From assembly GCA_050953065.1 (NCBI GenBank), contig JBMNLZ010000003.1:192001-256000 (forward strand): a DNA stretch of 64,000 nucleotides, given 5' to 3'. Source of the DNA: Bacilli bacterium (GTDB lineage Bacteria; Bacillota_I; Bacilli_A; ML615J-28; CAG-698). This document shows, piece after piece, positions 51,414-61,548 of this stretch (its first letter is position 1; every line of letters begins with the position of its first letter). The translations under genes were made by a program, and so were the position numbers. The notes below the pieces were generated by a model, which saw only the letters and a list, made by a program, of their open reading frames with translations, was not told where the DNA came from and ran no database searches.

Positions 51414-51486
51414 ATTTTCACCAATTAGAGTTATTATATCACAAAGCATATAGATTTACAAAAATTAAATTTAAAAAATGATGAAG

Positions 51487-51675
51487 TTATTCTTCATCAC
51501 TTTTAATTTTTTCTTTTAACTTTTTAAAATATTCTTTATCTTTTGCAATACATCTATTTTTTTTACTACAACTTGCACATGCACCTTCTTTAATAAAACT
51601 TCTAATACTAAAAAATAAAACTAAAGCTACTATTAAAACTACTACTATAAGTATTATGATATCAATTAAACTCAC
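51487..51675 (-). CDS. FeoB-associated Cys-rich membrane protein
   Basis: TM helix then CASC...C; directly after feoB. Confidence 0.85.
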   Translation of the reverse strand: MSLIDIIILIVVVLIVALVLFFSIRSFIKEGACASCSKKNRCIAKDKEYFKKLKEKIKSDEE

Positions 51676-51676
51676 T

Positions 51677-53662
51677 TTAACCTCCTAGTAAAGTGCCAAC
51701 CCCAAAGATAACAACCGAAATCACCCAAGCCATTGCTGTTTGAAAACCAATTGCATAAAACATCTTCTTAACACTTCCTAATTCTTTACGCATAGCAGCA
51801 ATAGCTGCAAAACAAGGTGCTGAGAATAAGTTAAATGCAATAAAAGAATATGCCGATGCTTTAGTAAAGAAACTAAACATACCAGTCTCAAAAACACTTG
51901 AAGTAATGCTATTAGCATCAAATCCTGCAATAATATTCATTGAAGAGATTACTTGTTCTTTTGCAACTAGTCCTTGAATAGCACTAACTGTAGCTCCCCA
52001 ATTAAGTTCACCCAGTAATGGATAAAACAAATACGATAGAACTTTTCCAATGGAAGCTAAAATACTATCATCAATTGTTAAAACATCACCATCAATATAA
52101 TTAAACTTCCATGTAAAACTTAGCAATAACCAAACAATAATTGAACAAAGCAAAATTATTGTTCCAGCTCTTTTAATAAATTCCCAAGTTTTTTCTCCTA
52201 CATCTCGTGCAACATAACTTACTTTAGGTTTTTTATATTCTGGAAGTTCTGAGATAAAACTAGAAACCTTTTGTTTATAAACAAATTTCTTCATTATAAG
52301 AGCTGATAATACTATCATTATAATTGCTAAAAAATAAAGCGAAGCAGAAACTAACCCAGCATATTTATCAAAAAAATATCCTGAGAACAATGCAATTACA
52401 GGTAGTTTTGCACTACACGGAACAAATGGTGTTAAAATAATTGTCATTTGTTTTTCTTTATCATTTTCTATAGTTCTTGATGCCATTATTGCAGGCACAC
52501 TACAACCTGAACCTACAATAAAAGGTATTAAAGATTTTCCACTCAAACCAATTTTAGAAAATAATCTATCTAAGAAAAATGCAATTCTAGACATATAACC
52601 AGTAGTTTCTAAAAGTGAAATACACAAAAACAAAATAATTAATTGAGGCACAAATCCTAAAACCGCACTAACTCCAGCAATTATACCGTTAATTATTAAA
52701 CTAACTGCCCAGTCAGATGCATTAAGATTAATTAAAACACCTTCTAACCAACCAGAAAAATCATCAAACAAACCAGCGACTAAATCAACTGTTGCACTTC
52801 CTACAAGTCCAACTGATAAAAAATACACTGCAAACATAATCAATATAAAAATTGGAATCGCAAAATACTTATGTAAGAAAATTCTATCTAATTTATCATT
52901 CCATGTATCTTTAAAGATTTTTTCTCTAACACTTTTAATCTTTTTATTAACAATATAATCATATCTTTGATTAACAATTAATTGCTCTACATCAGTTTGA
53001 TATTTTTTTTCTAAAGACTCAATTACACCTTTTATTTCTTCTGTTTGAAACTTTAAAAATCTTTGATCACTTTCTAATATTTTAACCGCTACAAATCTTT
53101 TATGTTTTCCGTCCAAGTTAGCAATTATTTTTTCTAACTCTTCTTCTACATCTTTTTCATAAATTTTAGATTTAATCTTTTCAATTTCTTTATAATCTTT
53201 TATTTTCCTAATTAAATCATCAATTCCTGTTCCTTTTAAAGCTGATATTGGAATAATAGGAATACCTAAATCCTTTTCAAGTTTTTCAAGATCAATTGAA
53301 ATACCTTTTTTTTCCATTATATCAGCCATATTAAGAGCAATTATAACTTTTGTATCTAATTCTTGAAGTTGAGTTGTTAAATAAAGACTTCTTTCTAATG
53401 AAGTTCCATCAACAATATTAATAATTAAATCTACTTCTTCATCTAAAACAAAATTTCTAGATATTTCTTCTTCTTCAGTATAAGGACTTAAAGAATATAT
53501 CCCTGGTAAATCTACGATTTCATATTTTGTTCCTTTAATTGTTCCAATCTTTTTTTCTATCGTTACCCCAGGCCAATTGCCAATCTTTTGATTAGTACCA
53601 GTAAGCAAATTAAATAAAGTAGTTTTACCACTATTTTGATTTCCAACTAACGCTATTCTCAT
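51677..53662 (-). CDS. feoB: Ferrous iron transporter B
   Basis: GNQNSGKT, GNWPGVT, DLPGIYSL, NMAD, GCSVPA, PCSAKLP. Confidence 0.97.
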   Translation of the reverse strand: MRIALVGNQNSGKTTLFNLLTGTNQKIGNWPGVTIEKKIGTIKGTKYEIVDLPGIYSLSPYTEEEEISRNFVLDEEVDLIINIVDGTSLERSLYLTTQLQELDTKVIIALNMADIMEKKGISIDLEKLEKDLGIPIIPISALKGTGIDDLIRKIKDYKEIEKIKSKIYEKDVEEELEKIIANLDGKHKRFVAVKILESDQRFLKFQTEEIKGVIESLEKKYQTDVEQLIVNQRYDYIVNKKIKSVREKIFKDTWNDKLDRIFLHKYFAIPIFILIMFAVYFLSVGLVGSATVDLVAGLFDDFSGWLEGVLINLNASDWAVSLIINGIIAGVSAVLGFVPQLIILFLCISLLETTGYMSRIAFFLDRLFSKIGLSGKSLIPFIVGSGCSVPAIMASRTIENDKEKQMTIILTPFVPCSAKLPVIALFSGYFFDKYAGLVSASLYFLAIIMIVLSALIMKKFVYKQKVSSFISELPEYKKPKVSYVARDVGEKTWEFIKRAGTIILLCSIIVWLLLSFTWKFNYIDGDVLTIDDSILASIGKVLSYLFYPLLGELNWGATVSAIQGLVAKEQVISSMNIIAGFDANSITSSVFETGMFSFFTKASAYSFIAFNLFSAPCFAAIAAMRKELGSVKKMFYAIGFQTAMAWVISVVIFGVGTLLGG

Positions 53663-53994
53663 TACTCAAGCACCTCTATATCTATATTTTTCAAATCTTG
53701 TCTTCTTAAACAAAGTTCATACCCTCTCAGTTTTACAGCAACAGGATCTCCCATTGGAGCAATTTTTTTTACCTCCACTGTTACACCATTAGTAATCCCC
53801 ATATCTAAAAGTCTTCTTCTTAAAGCTAGGTTATCATTATGAACACCTTTAACAATTGCTTTTTGGCCAATACACAAATCACTTAAATGTCCTTCTTCTT
53901 TAGGTCCTAACCTTCTTCCTCTAGGACAAACCACTTCAACTTGGCCATCTGCTTGCATACATTCACCACGTCTAAATCGTCTTCTTTTCCTCAT
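53662..53994 (-). CDS. feoA: Ferrous iron transport protein A
   Basis: RRRLLDMGIT, APMGDPV-LRGYELCLR; likely start MRKR at 53994 with RBS AAGGA. Confidence 0.92.
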   Translation of the reverse strand: MRKRRRFRRGECMQADGQVEVVCPRGRRLGPKEEGHLSDLCIGQKAIVKGVHNDNLALRRRLLDMGITNGVTVEVKKIAPMGDPVAVKLRGYELCLRRQDLKNIDIEVLE

Positions 53995-54020
53995 ATTAAA
54001 TTTATCCTTTCTAAAAAAAT

Positions 54021-54067
54021 TGTTAACCTCGGTTAACATTATATCATCTTGTAAAAAGGTTTGTCAA
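54021..54067 (-). promoter_or_regulatory. feo promoter with an overlapping palindromic operator (putative DtxR-family site)
   Basis: TTGACA (54062-54067)-18 nt-TATAAT (54038-54043); perfect TGTTAACC-tc-GGTTAACA at 54021-54038. Confidence 0.7.
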
Positions 54068-54103
54068 GAGAAAAAAGAAAAAACTATTGTTTTTTTACAA
54101 TAG

Positions 54104-54189
54104 TTTTCATTATAGTGTCAATATTTATACCAAAAGATTAACACTATAATGTCAATCTTTATTATTAAACATTGACATTATAGTGTAAA
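54104..54189. repeat. Three 18-bp palindromes (consensus TTGACAYTATARTGTCAA) at exact 34-bp period
   Basis: TTTTCATTATAGTGTCAA (54104), TTAACACTATAATGTCAA (54138), TTGACATTATAGTGTAAA (54172). Confidence 0.75.
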
Positions 54190-54199
54190 ACAATCGCTT

Positions 54200-54559
54200 T
54201 TAATTAGAAATTTTTGCTCCAAACGGAATTAAAGCTAAAGGAACCATTTTAAAACATTGCATTCCAAAAGGGATTGTTATAATAAAAATAAACATAATTA
54301 TCCCAGCCCCAAGAAAAGAAAGTGCTAATTGCCAACCAACAATAAGTAACCAAATAATATTCATAATCGGATGTTTATCAAAATTAGTTGTAATACTTGA
54401 CCCCATAGGCGATAAAGAAAACTTAGCAATTTTAAAACATTGCTTACCAAATGGTATTCCTATTATTGTTATACAAAGTAGTAATCCTACGAAACCCCAT
54501 GCAAGAGCTAACCAAATTCCACCAAAAATTAACCAAATAATATTACCAAGTGTTTTCAT
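54200..54559 (-). CDS. YccF-domain inner membrane protein
   Basis: Duplicated GNIIW-GG / IIGIPFGKQCFK-PMG motif; likely start MKTLG at 54559. Confidence 0.92.
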   Translation of the reverse strand: MKTLGNIIWLIFGGIWLALAWGFVGLLLCITIIGIPFGKQCFKIAKFSLSPMGSSITTNFDKHPIMNIIWLLIVGWQLALSFLGAGIIMFIFIITIPFGMQCFKMVPLALIPFGAKISN

Positions 54560-54668
54560 AATTTCCCTCCTTTTGTCCATTAAATTATACTTTTACTAAT
54601 TTTTAATTGCAAGATTTTTCTTAACTATTTTCTTAAAATATGGTATAGTTAAAGCAAGAGGTAAAGAT

Positions 54669-55046
54669 ATGAAAAAACTAACTATGTCTAATGAAGACTA
54701 TTTAGAAGCCATAATCATTCTTGAAAAAGAAGGAAACGTAAAACTAACTAAAATAGCTGAAATGTTAAAGGTTTCAAAACCAGCAGCTAATAAAGCAATG
54801 AACCTTTTAGAAGAAAAAGGTTTCATCACCAAAGAAACTTATGGTAATATCATTCTAACAGAAAAAGGTAAAGAAGCTGGTAATAAAATCTATAAAAAAC
54901 ACTTAAATATTAAAAACTTTTTAACTTCTCTTGGTGTAAAAGAAGAAACAGCTGAAATTGACAGTTGTAAAATCGAGCATGTTATAAGCGAAGAAACTTT
55001 CCAAAGTATTTTAAAATATTTAGAAAAAAACAAAGAAGACAATTAA
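54669..55046 (+). CDS. DtxR/MntR-family metal-dependent transcriptional regulator
   Basis: EDYLEAI, IAEMLKVSKP, LTEKG, AEIDSCKIEH. Confidence 0.93.
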   Translation: MKKLTMSNEDYLEAIIILEKEGNVKLTKIAEMLKVSKPAANKAMNLLEEKGFITKETYGNIILTEKGKEAGNKIYKKHLNIKNFLTSLGVKEETAEIDSCKIEHVISEETFQSILKYLEKNKEDN

Positions 55047-55055
55047 ATGTCTTCT

Positions 55056-55994
55056 TTATTTTATATTATAAGTATCAATTCCTCTATAATTAATAATTTT
55101 AACTTTAGGATCTTTTGCTAGTCTTTCAAAAATTTCTTGCTTGTTTTTAACTTTTCTATTATTTAAAAAACTTTCAACTTCAAATTGATTCATTGGATGG
55201 CGCTGAGTAATATTTAAGATCGCGTCATAATCATCTTCAATAACACTTAAGAATTGTTCATGTGCTAAAACATCTAATGATATTGCATTTAACTCTTTAG
55301 ATACTTCTAACATTTTTTCATATGATAAAGCTTTAACTTTTAAATCTTGTGGCGGCCTATTAGGAGTATTAATATATAGTCTATCATATTTAATTTCTTT
55401 TAAAATCAATTTAAACTTTTCTAAATCTTCTTTAGAATCATTAACGCCTTCCATTACCATCATTTCAAGCCAGATTTTTCCTTTAAATTCAAAAGAAAAA
55501 TCTATTAAACCTTGATATACTTTCTTAAAAGACAAATCTTTATGATGACGATTTATTTTTTTAAAAGATGCTTCATCATAAAAATCTAAAGTCGGTAAAA
55601 CAATGTCTGCTTCATATAATGCTTTTTTTACTTCACTTTCAAATAATAAACTTCCATTGGTAATTACTGCAAGAGGTTTTGTAGTTAAAGATTTTATTTT
55701 AATGATTAACTCATATAAATCTTTAAATAACGTTGGTTCACCATCACCTGCAATTGTTATTACATCAAAGTTTAAGTTTTTAGATAAAACAGTTTTTAAC
55801 TCTTCTATTATATCTTTAACTTCAAAAAAACTTTGAGGTTTGTTTATCATTAAATTAGTTTTTCCAATTTGACAGTAGATACAAGAATAATTACATGTTT
55901 TTTTAGGAGTTATAGAAACTCCTAAAGAAGAACCTAATCTTCTTGAAGGAACTGGCCCATAAACATATTTCATTTCTTTATCTTCTTTCTTCAT
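55056..55994 (-). CDS. Radical SAM protein of unknown function
   Basis: YGPVPSRRLGSSLG, CNYSCIYC, GEPTL, TNGSL. Confidence 0.9.
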   Translation of the reverse strand: MKKEDKEMKYVYGPVPSRRLGSSLGVSITPKKTCNYSCIYCQIGKTNLMINKPQSFFEVKDIIEELKTVLSKNLNFDVITIAGDGEPTLFKDLYELIIKIKSLTTKPLAVITNGSLLFESEVKKALYEADIVLPTLDFYDEASFKKINRHHKDLSFKKVYQGLIDFSFEFKGKIWLEMMVMEGVNDSKEDLEKFKLILKEIKYDRLYINTPNRPPQDLKVKALSYEKMLEVSKELNAISLDVLAHEQFLSVIEDDYDAILNITQRHPMNQFEVESFLNNRKVKNKQEIFERLAKDPKVKIINYRGIDTYNIK

Positions 55995-56039
55995 AAATAT
56001 TAGTTAATAAGGGGAACTAGTAATCAATCCCTTTATTTT

Positions 56040-57170
56040 TTAAGATAATCTAGATTTAAAATCTTGATAACCAAATTCTTTAACTATTTTTACTTCACCA
56101 TTCTTTTCAACATAAACAATACTTGGTAAATTAATACCATTAAATGTATTATTCTTAACCATACTATAATGAGCCATATCAGTAAAAATAACTCTTTGTT
56201 TATATTCTAGTGGTTTATCAAATGAATAATCTCCAATAATATCTCCTGCTAAACATGTCGGTCCAGCAAAACGATAATTATATTTTTTTTCACCTAGCCT
56301 ACCACTGTTTAAAACAAATGGTCGATAAGGCATTTCTAAAACATCTGGCATATGACAAGCAGCCGAAGTATCTAGAATAGCAATATCCATATTATTATGA
56401 ACAATCTCTAAAACTTCTGATACTAAAAACCCAGTATTTAATGCGATGGCTTCGCCTGGTTCTAGGTAGACTTCTAAATTATATTTTTCTTTAATTTCAT
56501 TAATTGTTTTAATTAATAAGTCTAAATCATAATCATCTCTTGTAATATGATGACCTCCACCTAAATTAATCCATTTAATAGAAGAAAAATATTTTGAAAA
56601 CTTCTTTTCTACTTCTTTCCAAGTTCTATACAAAGTATCTGAATTTTGTTCACACATTGTATGGAAGTGTAGCCCTTCAAGCCCATCAAGCGTTTCAAAG
56701 TCTTCAAGCCTAACTCCAAGGCGCGAATTAATAGCACATGGATTATAAATCTCATGTTCAATTTCTGAATACTCGGGATTAATCCTCATCCCACAACTAA
56801 TATGTTTTTTATGGTTTTTAACTAAATTTTTATATTTATGCCATTGGTTAAATGAATTAAAGACAATATGATCCACTATATCTAGAATTTCAGACATTTC
56901 TTCTTCTTTATAAGCAGGAGAGAAAATATGATTTTCTTTACCTATTTTTCTCCCTAAAAGTGCTTCATGCAAAGATGAAGCAGTTGCTCCATAAAGATAC
57001 TTTGAAATTAATGGATATGTATAAAACATTGAAAAACCTTTTTGAGCCAATATTATTTTAGCGTTTGTTTTATCTTGAACTGTTTTTAGTTTTTCTAAGT
57101 TTTTTATTAATAATTCTTCAAACACTACATATGAAGGTGTTTTAACTTTATTCCAATCAAAGTTTTTCAT
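56040..57170 (-). CDS. nspC: Carboxynorspermidine/carboxyspermidine decarboxylase
   Basis: LAQKGFS, GLHFHT, GGGHH, EPGEA, HMPDVLEMPY, CLAGD, FNGI. Confidence 0.95.
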   Translation of the reverse strand: MKNFDWNKVKTPSYVVFEELLIKNLEKLKTVQDKTNAKIILAQKGFSMFYTYPLISKYLYGATASSLHEALLGRKIGKENHIFSPAYKEEEMSEILDIVDHIVFNSFNQWHKYKNLVKNHKKHISCGMRINPEYSEIEHEIYNPCAINSRLGVRLEDFETLDGLEGLHFHTMCEQNSDTLYRTWKEVEKKFSKYFSSIKWINLGGGHHITRDDYDLDLLIKTINEIKEKYNLEVYLEPGEAIALNTGFLVSEVLEIVHNNMDIAILDTSAACHMPDVLEMPYRPFVLNSGRLGEKKYNYRFAGPTCLAGDIIGDYSFDKPLEYKQRVIFTDMAHYSMVKNNTFNGINLPSIVYVEKNGEVKIVKEFGYQDFKSRLS

Positions 57171-57174
57171 ACTA

Positions 57175-58374
57175 TCAATCTACTAACTTTGGATTGAAGT
57201 CTTCATGCCAAGGAAGACCATATTTATTTAATGCTTCCATAAATGGATCTGGATCAAATTCTTCTACATTAAAGACACCTGGTTTTTTCCATTTCTTATT
57301 TAAAACAAGCATTGCTCCTATCATTGCAGGAACACCAGTTGTATATGAGATTGCTTGAGAACCAACTTCTTTATATGCTTCTTCATGATCACAAACATTA
57401 TAAACATAATATGTTTTATCTACACCATCTTTTTTACCTCTAATGATACAACCAATATTAGTTTTACCTTTAGTTCTTGGTCCAAGAGAAGCTGGATCTG
57501 GCAAAATTGCTTTTAAAAATTTTAGAGGAATAATTTCTTGCCCTTTATAATTAATCGGTTCAATTGAAGTCATTCCAATGTTTTCTAAAACTCTTAGGTG
57601 TGTTAAATATTTTTCAGAAAAAGTCATAAAAAATCTAATTCTTTTAATTCCCTTAATGTTTTTAGCAAGTGATTCTAATTCTTCATGATATAAAAGATAC
57701 ATATCTTTTTTACCAATTTTGGGAAAATCATATTCACGCTTCACTTCAAGTGGTAAAGTTTCAACAAACTTTCCATCTTCATAATATCTTCCGTTAGCTG
57801 TAATTTCTCTGATATTAATTTCCGGATTAAAGTTTGTTGCGAAATGATAGCCATGATCTCCTGCATTAGCATCTAGGATATCTAAATATTCAATTTCATC
57901 AAAATAATGTTTTTGAGCATAGGCAGTAAAGACTCCAGTTACACCAGGATCAAACCCACAGCCTAAAACTGCAGTAATTCCTGCTTTTTCAAACTTTTCT
58001 TTATATGCCCATTGCCATTTATATTCAAACTTTGCTTCATCTTTTGGTTCATAATTAGCTGTATCTAAATAATCTACCTTTGTTTCTAAACAAGCATCCA
58101 TAATAGATAAATCTTGATACGGTAATGCAACATTGATTACAATATCAGGTTTAAATTCTTTTATTATTGCTACTACCTCACTAGTATTATCTGCATCAAG
58201 TTGAGCAGTAGTAACTTTTGTTTTATATTTTTTTACACTTTCCTTAATCGCATCACATTTAGCAAGCGTTCTACTCGCAATACAAATTTCCTTAAAAACT
58301 TCACTGTTTTGGCAACACTTATGCACGACAACGTTTGCCACTCCACCAGCTCCAATAATTAATGCTCTACTCAT
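57175..58374 (-). CDS. Carboxynorspermidine/carboxyspermidine dehydrogenase (saccharopine dehydrogenase family)
   Basis: IIGAGGV, ALPYQD, DTANYE, GFDPG, FATNFNPEIN, YHEELESL; adjacent to nspC. Confidence 0.93.
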   Translation of the reverse strand: MSRALIIGAGGVANVVVHKCCQNSEVFKEICIASRTLAKCDAIKESVKKYKTKVTTAQLDADNTSEVVAIIKEFKPDIVINVALPYQDLSIMDACLETKVDYLDTANYEPKDEAKFEYKWQWAYKEKFEKAGITAVLGCGFDPGVTGVFTAYAQKHYFDEIEYLDILDANAGDHGYHFATNFNPEINIREITANGRYYEDGKFVETLPLEVKREYDFPKIGKKDMYLLYHEELESLAKNIKGIKRIRFFMTFSEKYLTHLRVLENIGMTSIEPINYKGQEIIPLKFLKAILPDPASLGPRTKGKTNIGCIIRGKKDGVDKTYYVYNVCDHEEAYKEVGSQAISYTTGVPAMIGAMLVLNKKWKKPGVFNVEEFDPDPFMEALNKYGLPWHEDFNPKLVD

Positions 58375-58405
58375 AGTAAACGTCTCCTTTATTTAATATA
58401 TTTTT

Positions 58406-59257
58406 TTATAATTGTAATAATAATTCTCTTAATAACTTGCAAGCAACTGCAGTTGAAGTCCCACTTGGGTCAAGCGGAGGTGATAATTCATTAATATCAC
58501 AACCAACAATATTGCAACCCTTTAAAACTTTACCCATTGCTTCAAGTAATTCTAAAAATGTTACTCCACCTGGTTCTGGAGTTCCTGTTCCCCAAAAATA
58601 TGATGGATCTAACACATCTAAATCTAGTGTAAAATACACTGGTTTCCCTTTTGTTTTTTCAATTGCGGAATCAAGCCCATCAAAATTAAATTTGGTTAAG
58701 CAAGAATGGATTTTAGCCCATTCAAACTCTTCTTTTTCTCCGCTTCTAATTCCAAATTGGAATATTTTATTATCACCAATTAAATCATGAATTCTTCTAA
58801 TAACAGTTGCATGTGATAATTTTTCATCAAAGAATTCATCTCTTAAATCAGTATGTGCGTCAAAATGAATCACATGCAAATCAGGATATTTTTTTAAAAC
58901 TCCCTTAACAGCACCAAGTGTTACTAAATGTTCACCACCTAGCATTACTGGAATCTTATTGTCTTTTACAACTTGTGTTGTATACTTTTCAATTTTTTCA
59001 ATAGATTTTTTAGCATCTCCAAAAGGTAATACTAAATCTCCTCCATCAAAAACAAAAATATCCGTTAATGATTTATCTAAATACGGACTATATAGTTCAA
59101 GTCCAATACTATCTGTTCTAATACTACTTGGTGCAAATCTAGAACCTGGTCTAAAAGATGAAGTACTGTCAAATGGTGCTCCAAACAATACTATTTTACT
59201 TTCTTTATATGACTTATCACAACCAAGAAAGGCATATCGCTTTTCTGTTATAATCAT
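58406..59257 (-). CDS. speB: Agmatinase
   Basis: GGEH, DAHTD, DLDVLDP, GTGTPEPGG. Confidence 0.94.
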   Translation of the reverse strand: MIITEKRYAFLGCDKSYKESKIVLFGAPFDSTSSFRPGSRFAPSSIRTDSIGLELYSPYLDKSLTDIFVFDGGDLVLPFGDAKKSIEKIEKYTTQVVKDNKIPVMLGGEHLVTLGAVKGVLKKYPDLHVIHFDAHTDLRDEFFDEKLSHATVIRRIHDLIGDNKIFQFGIRSGEKEEFEWAKIHSCLTKFNFDGLDSAIEKTKGKPVYFTLDLDVLDPSYFWGTGTPEPGGVTFLELLEAMGKVLKGCNIVGCDINELSPPLDPSGTSTAVACKLLRELLLQL

Positions 59258-60090
59258 TTAATTAACTCCTTTACATAATTAGGTAGCGCAAAAGAACCTT
59301 TGTGTAGTTCTTCATTATAATATTTACATTCTATTTTAAAATCTTTCCAAGCACTATCTACTACATCACCCTTAAACTTCTTAGATGCAAAGCCAAACAA
59401 CCAATGACCTGACGGATAGGTTGGAATATGTGCTTGATATACCTGACAAATATCAAAGAAGCTAGAAATTCTTTGATGCATTTTAGTAACCATATCTTTA
59501 TATTGTTCATAAAATGGGCTTTCATGTTGATTAATTAAAATTCCATTTTCATTTAAAGCATTATAACAATTTCCATAAAACTCTTTTGCAAAAAGCCCTT
59601 CTCCAGGACCAAATGGATCAGTTGAGTCTACAATTATTAAATCATAATAATCTTTAATTTGTCTAACAGCTTTTAAGCCATCTTCAAATTTAATTGTTAC
59701 TCTTTCATCTTTAAAGCCTCTTGTAAGATGCGGAAAATATTCAATACATTTTTCAACTACTACTTTATCAATTTCAATCATTGTAATTTCTTTAATAGTT
59801 TTATATTTTACCAATTGACTAACAGTTCCACCATCCCCTGCTCCAATTACTAAAACTTTTTCTATTTTTGGATTAACTGCCATCGGAAGATGAGTCACCA
59901 TTTCATGGTAGATGAATTCATCTTTTTCTGTAATCATTAAAACACCATCTAAAACTAAAATTCTACCATAATCATATGTATCTAGGATATCAAGTTTTTG
60001 ATATTCTGATTTTACACTACATAAATGTTCTTTTATTTTCATAGTAAGTTTAGCTGTTTCACTATGTAATTCTGAAAACCAAAGTTCCAT
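59254..60090 (-). CDS. speE: Polyamine aminopropyltransferase (spermidine synthase)
   Basis: DEFIYHEM, VLVIGAGDGG, EID, DSTDP, PTYPSG-W. Confidence 0.95.
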   Translation of the reverse strand: MELWFSELHSETAKLTMKIKEHLCSVKSEYQKLDILDTYDYGRILVLDGVLMITEKDEFIYHEMVTHLPMAVNPKIEKVLVIGAGDGGTVSQLVKYKTIKEITMIEIDKVVVEKCIEYFPHLTRGFKDERVTIKFEDGLKAVRQIKDYYDLIIVDSTDPFGPGEGLFAKEFYGNCYNALNENGILINQHESPFYEQYKDMVTKMHQRISSFFDICQVYQAHIPTYPSGHWLFGFASKKFKGDVVDSAWKDFKIECKYYNEELHKGSFALPNYVKELIK

Positions 60091-60092
60091 AT

Positions 60093-61538
60093 TTATTCCT
60101 CTACTATATTAATTTTTTCAATATTCATATCTTGCGGACCAATAATTAAACATCCTTTATCTTTAGCATACATTATATAGTCAATGATTTCAGCTGTAAT
60201 TACTTCGCCTGGTGCTAAAATTGGAATTCCCGGAGGATAACTCATTAAGAATTCTCCAGCAATTTTACCATAACTTTCTTCAATACTAACCTTTTTCTTT
60301 TTACTATAAAAAGCCTTTTGAGGACTCATTACAGGTAATGGATTAATATATTCATGATCAAAAAGACCAATCGGATCTTTTCCATAACGTCTTTTAATTT
60401 CAGATAAAGAAGCAATCAATCTTTCAATTTCTAAATCTCTATCTCCAGAAGAAATGATTGCTAGAATATTTCCAATATCTCCAAATTCAATTTGAATCCC
60501 GTAATCATCCCTTAAAATATCATAAACCTCTATTCCAGCCAAGCCCATTGCTCTTGTGTGAACTGATAGTTTTGTCATATCAAAATCAAAAACATTTTTC
60601 TTATCAACTATATCTTCTCCAAAAGCCCAGTATCCACCGATTTTATTTACTTCTTCTCTTGCATAATTAACATTTTCTAAAACTTTTTTTAACTTTTCTC
60701 TTCCATGTGCTACCATATGTTTTCTTGCAATATCAAGAGATGATAACAATAAATAAGATCCACTTGTAGTTTGAGTAAGATTTATAATTTGTCTAACATA
60801 AGTATGATCTACATTTTTCCCACAAAGCAAAAACGAACTTTGAGTTAATGAATTTCCAGTCTTATGCATACTAGCAGCTGCCATATCAGCTCCTGCTGCC
60901 ATCGCAGAAATTGGTAAGTTATCTCCAAAATAAAAGTGCGTTCCATGAGCCTCATCTACTAACACTTTCATATTATGTGCATGAGCAAGTTCAACGATTC
61001 CTTTTAAATCTGAACATATCCCATAATAAGTTGGATTATTAACAAAAATTGCTTTTGCATCTGGATTTTCTTTGATTGCTTTTTTTACATCATCCATACT
61101 CATTCCAAGTGCAATCCCTAAATCTTTACTAACACCAGGATTAATATATACAGGAATCGCCCCACAAACAACCATCGCATTAATTGCACTTCTGTGGACA
61201 TTTCTTGGTAAAATTAATTTTTCACCTTGTTTACAACTACTCATTATCATTGCTTGAACAGCTGAAGTTGTTCCACTAACCATAAAAAATGCATGATGAG
61301 CTTTAAAAGCCTCTGCTGCTAAGAGTTCAGCTTCTTTGATAACTCCAGTTGGATGACAAAGGCTATCCACATCTTTCATAGAATTAACATCTGCTCTCAT
61401 ACAATTAATTCCTAAAAATTCAGTTAATTCAGGATTGCCCCTTCCACCTTTATGGCTAGGCACATCAAATGGTACTATACGATTTTGTTGGTGAGCTTTT
61501 ATTGCTTCATAAATTGGTGCTCTTGTTTGATCTTTCAT
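60093..61538 (-). CDS. speA: Arginine/lysine/ornithine decarboxylase (PLP fold I; probably arginine decarboxylase)
   Basis: VPSHKGG, GTTSA, PRNVHRS, DEAHG, SMHK, YPPGIP; operon context with speB. Confidence 0.8.
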   Translation of the reverse strand: MKDQTRAPIYEAIKAHQQNRIVPFDVPSHKGGRGNPELTEFLGINCMRADVNSMKDVDSLCHPTGVIKEAELLAAEAFKAHHAFFMVSGTTSAVQAMIMSSCKQGEKLILPRNVHRSAINAMVVCGAIPVYINPGVSKDLGIALGMSMDDVKKAIKENPDAKAIFVNNPTYYGICSDLKGIVELAHAHNMKVLVDEAHGTHFYFGDNLPISAMAAGADMAAASMHKTGNSLTQSSFLLCGKNVDHTYVRQIINLTQTTSGSYLLLSSLDIARKHMVAHGREKLKKVLENVNYAREEVNKIGGYWAFGEDIVDKKNVFDFDMTKLSVHTRAMGLAGIEVYDILRDDYGIQIEFGDIGNILAIISSGDRDLEIERLIASLSEIKRRYGKDPIGLFDHEYINPLPVMSPQKAFYSKKKKVSIEESYGKIAGEFLMSYPPGIPILAPGEVITAEIIDYIMYAKDKGCLIIGPQDMNIEKINIVEE

Positions 61539-61548
61539 GTTTCACCTT

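Noticed and set aside
51420-51470. BirA operator upstream of bioY
   Set aside because: No convincing TGTTAAC-N14/15-GTTAACA pair; the region reads as a plain TTGTAA-17-TATAAT promoter.
54104-54189. Mini CRISPR array
   Set aside because: Repeats of 18 bp with 16-bp spacers are too short, orientation alternates, and no cas genes are present.
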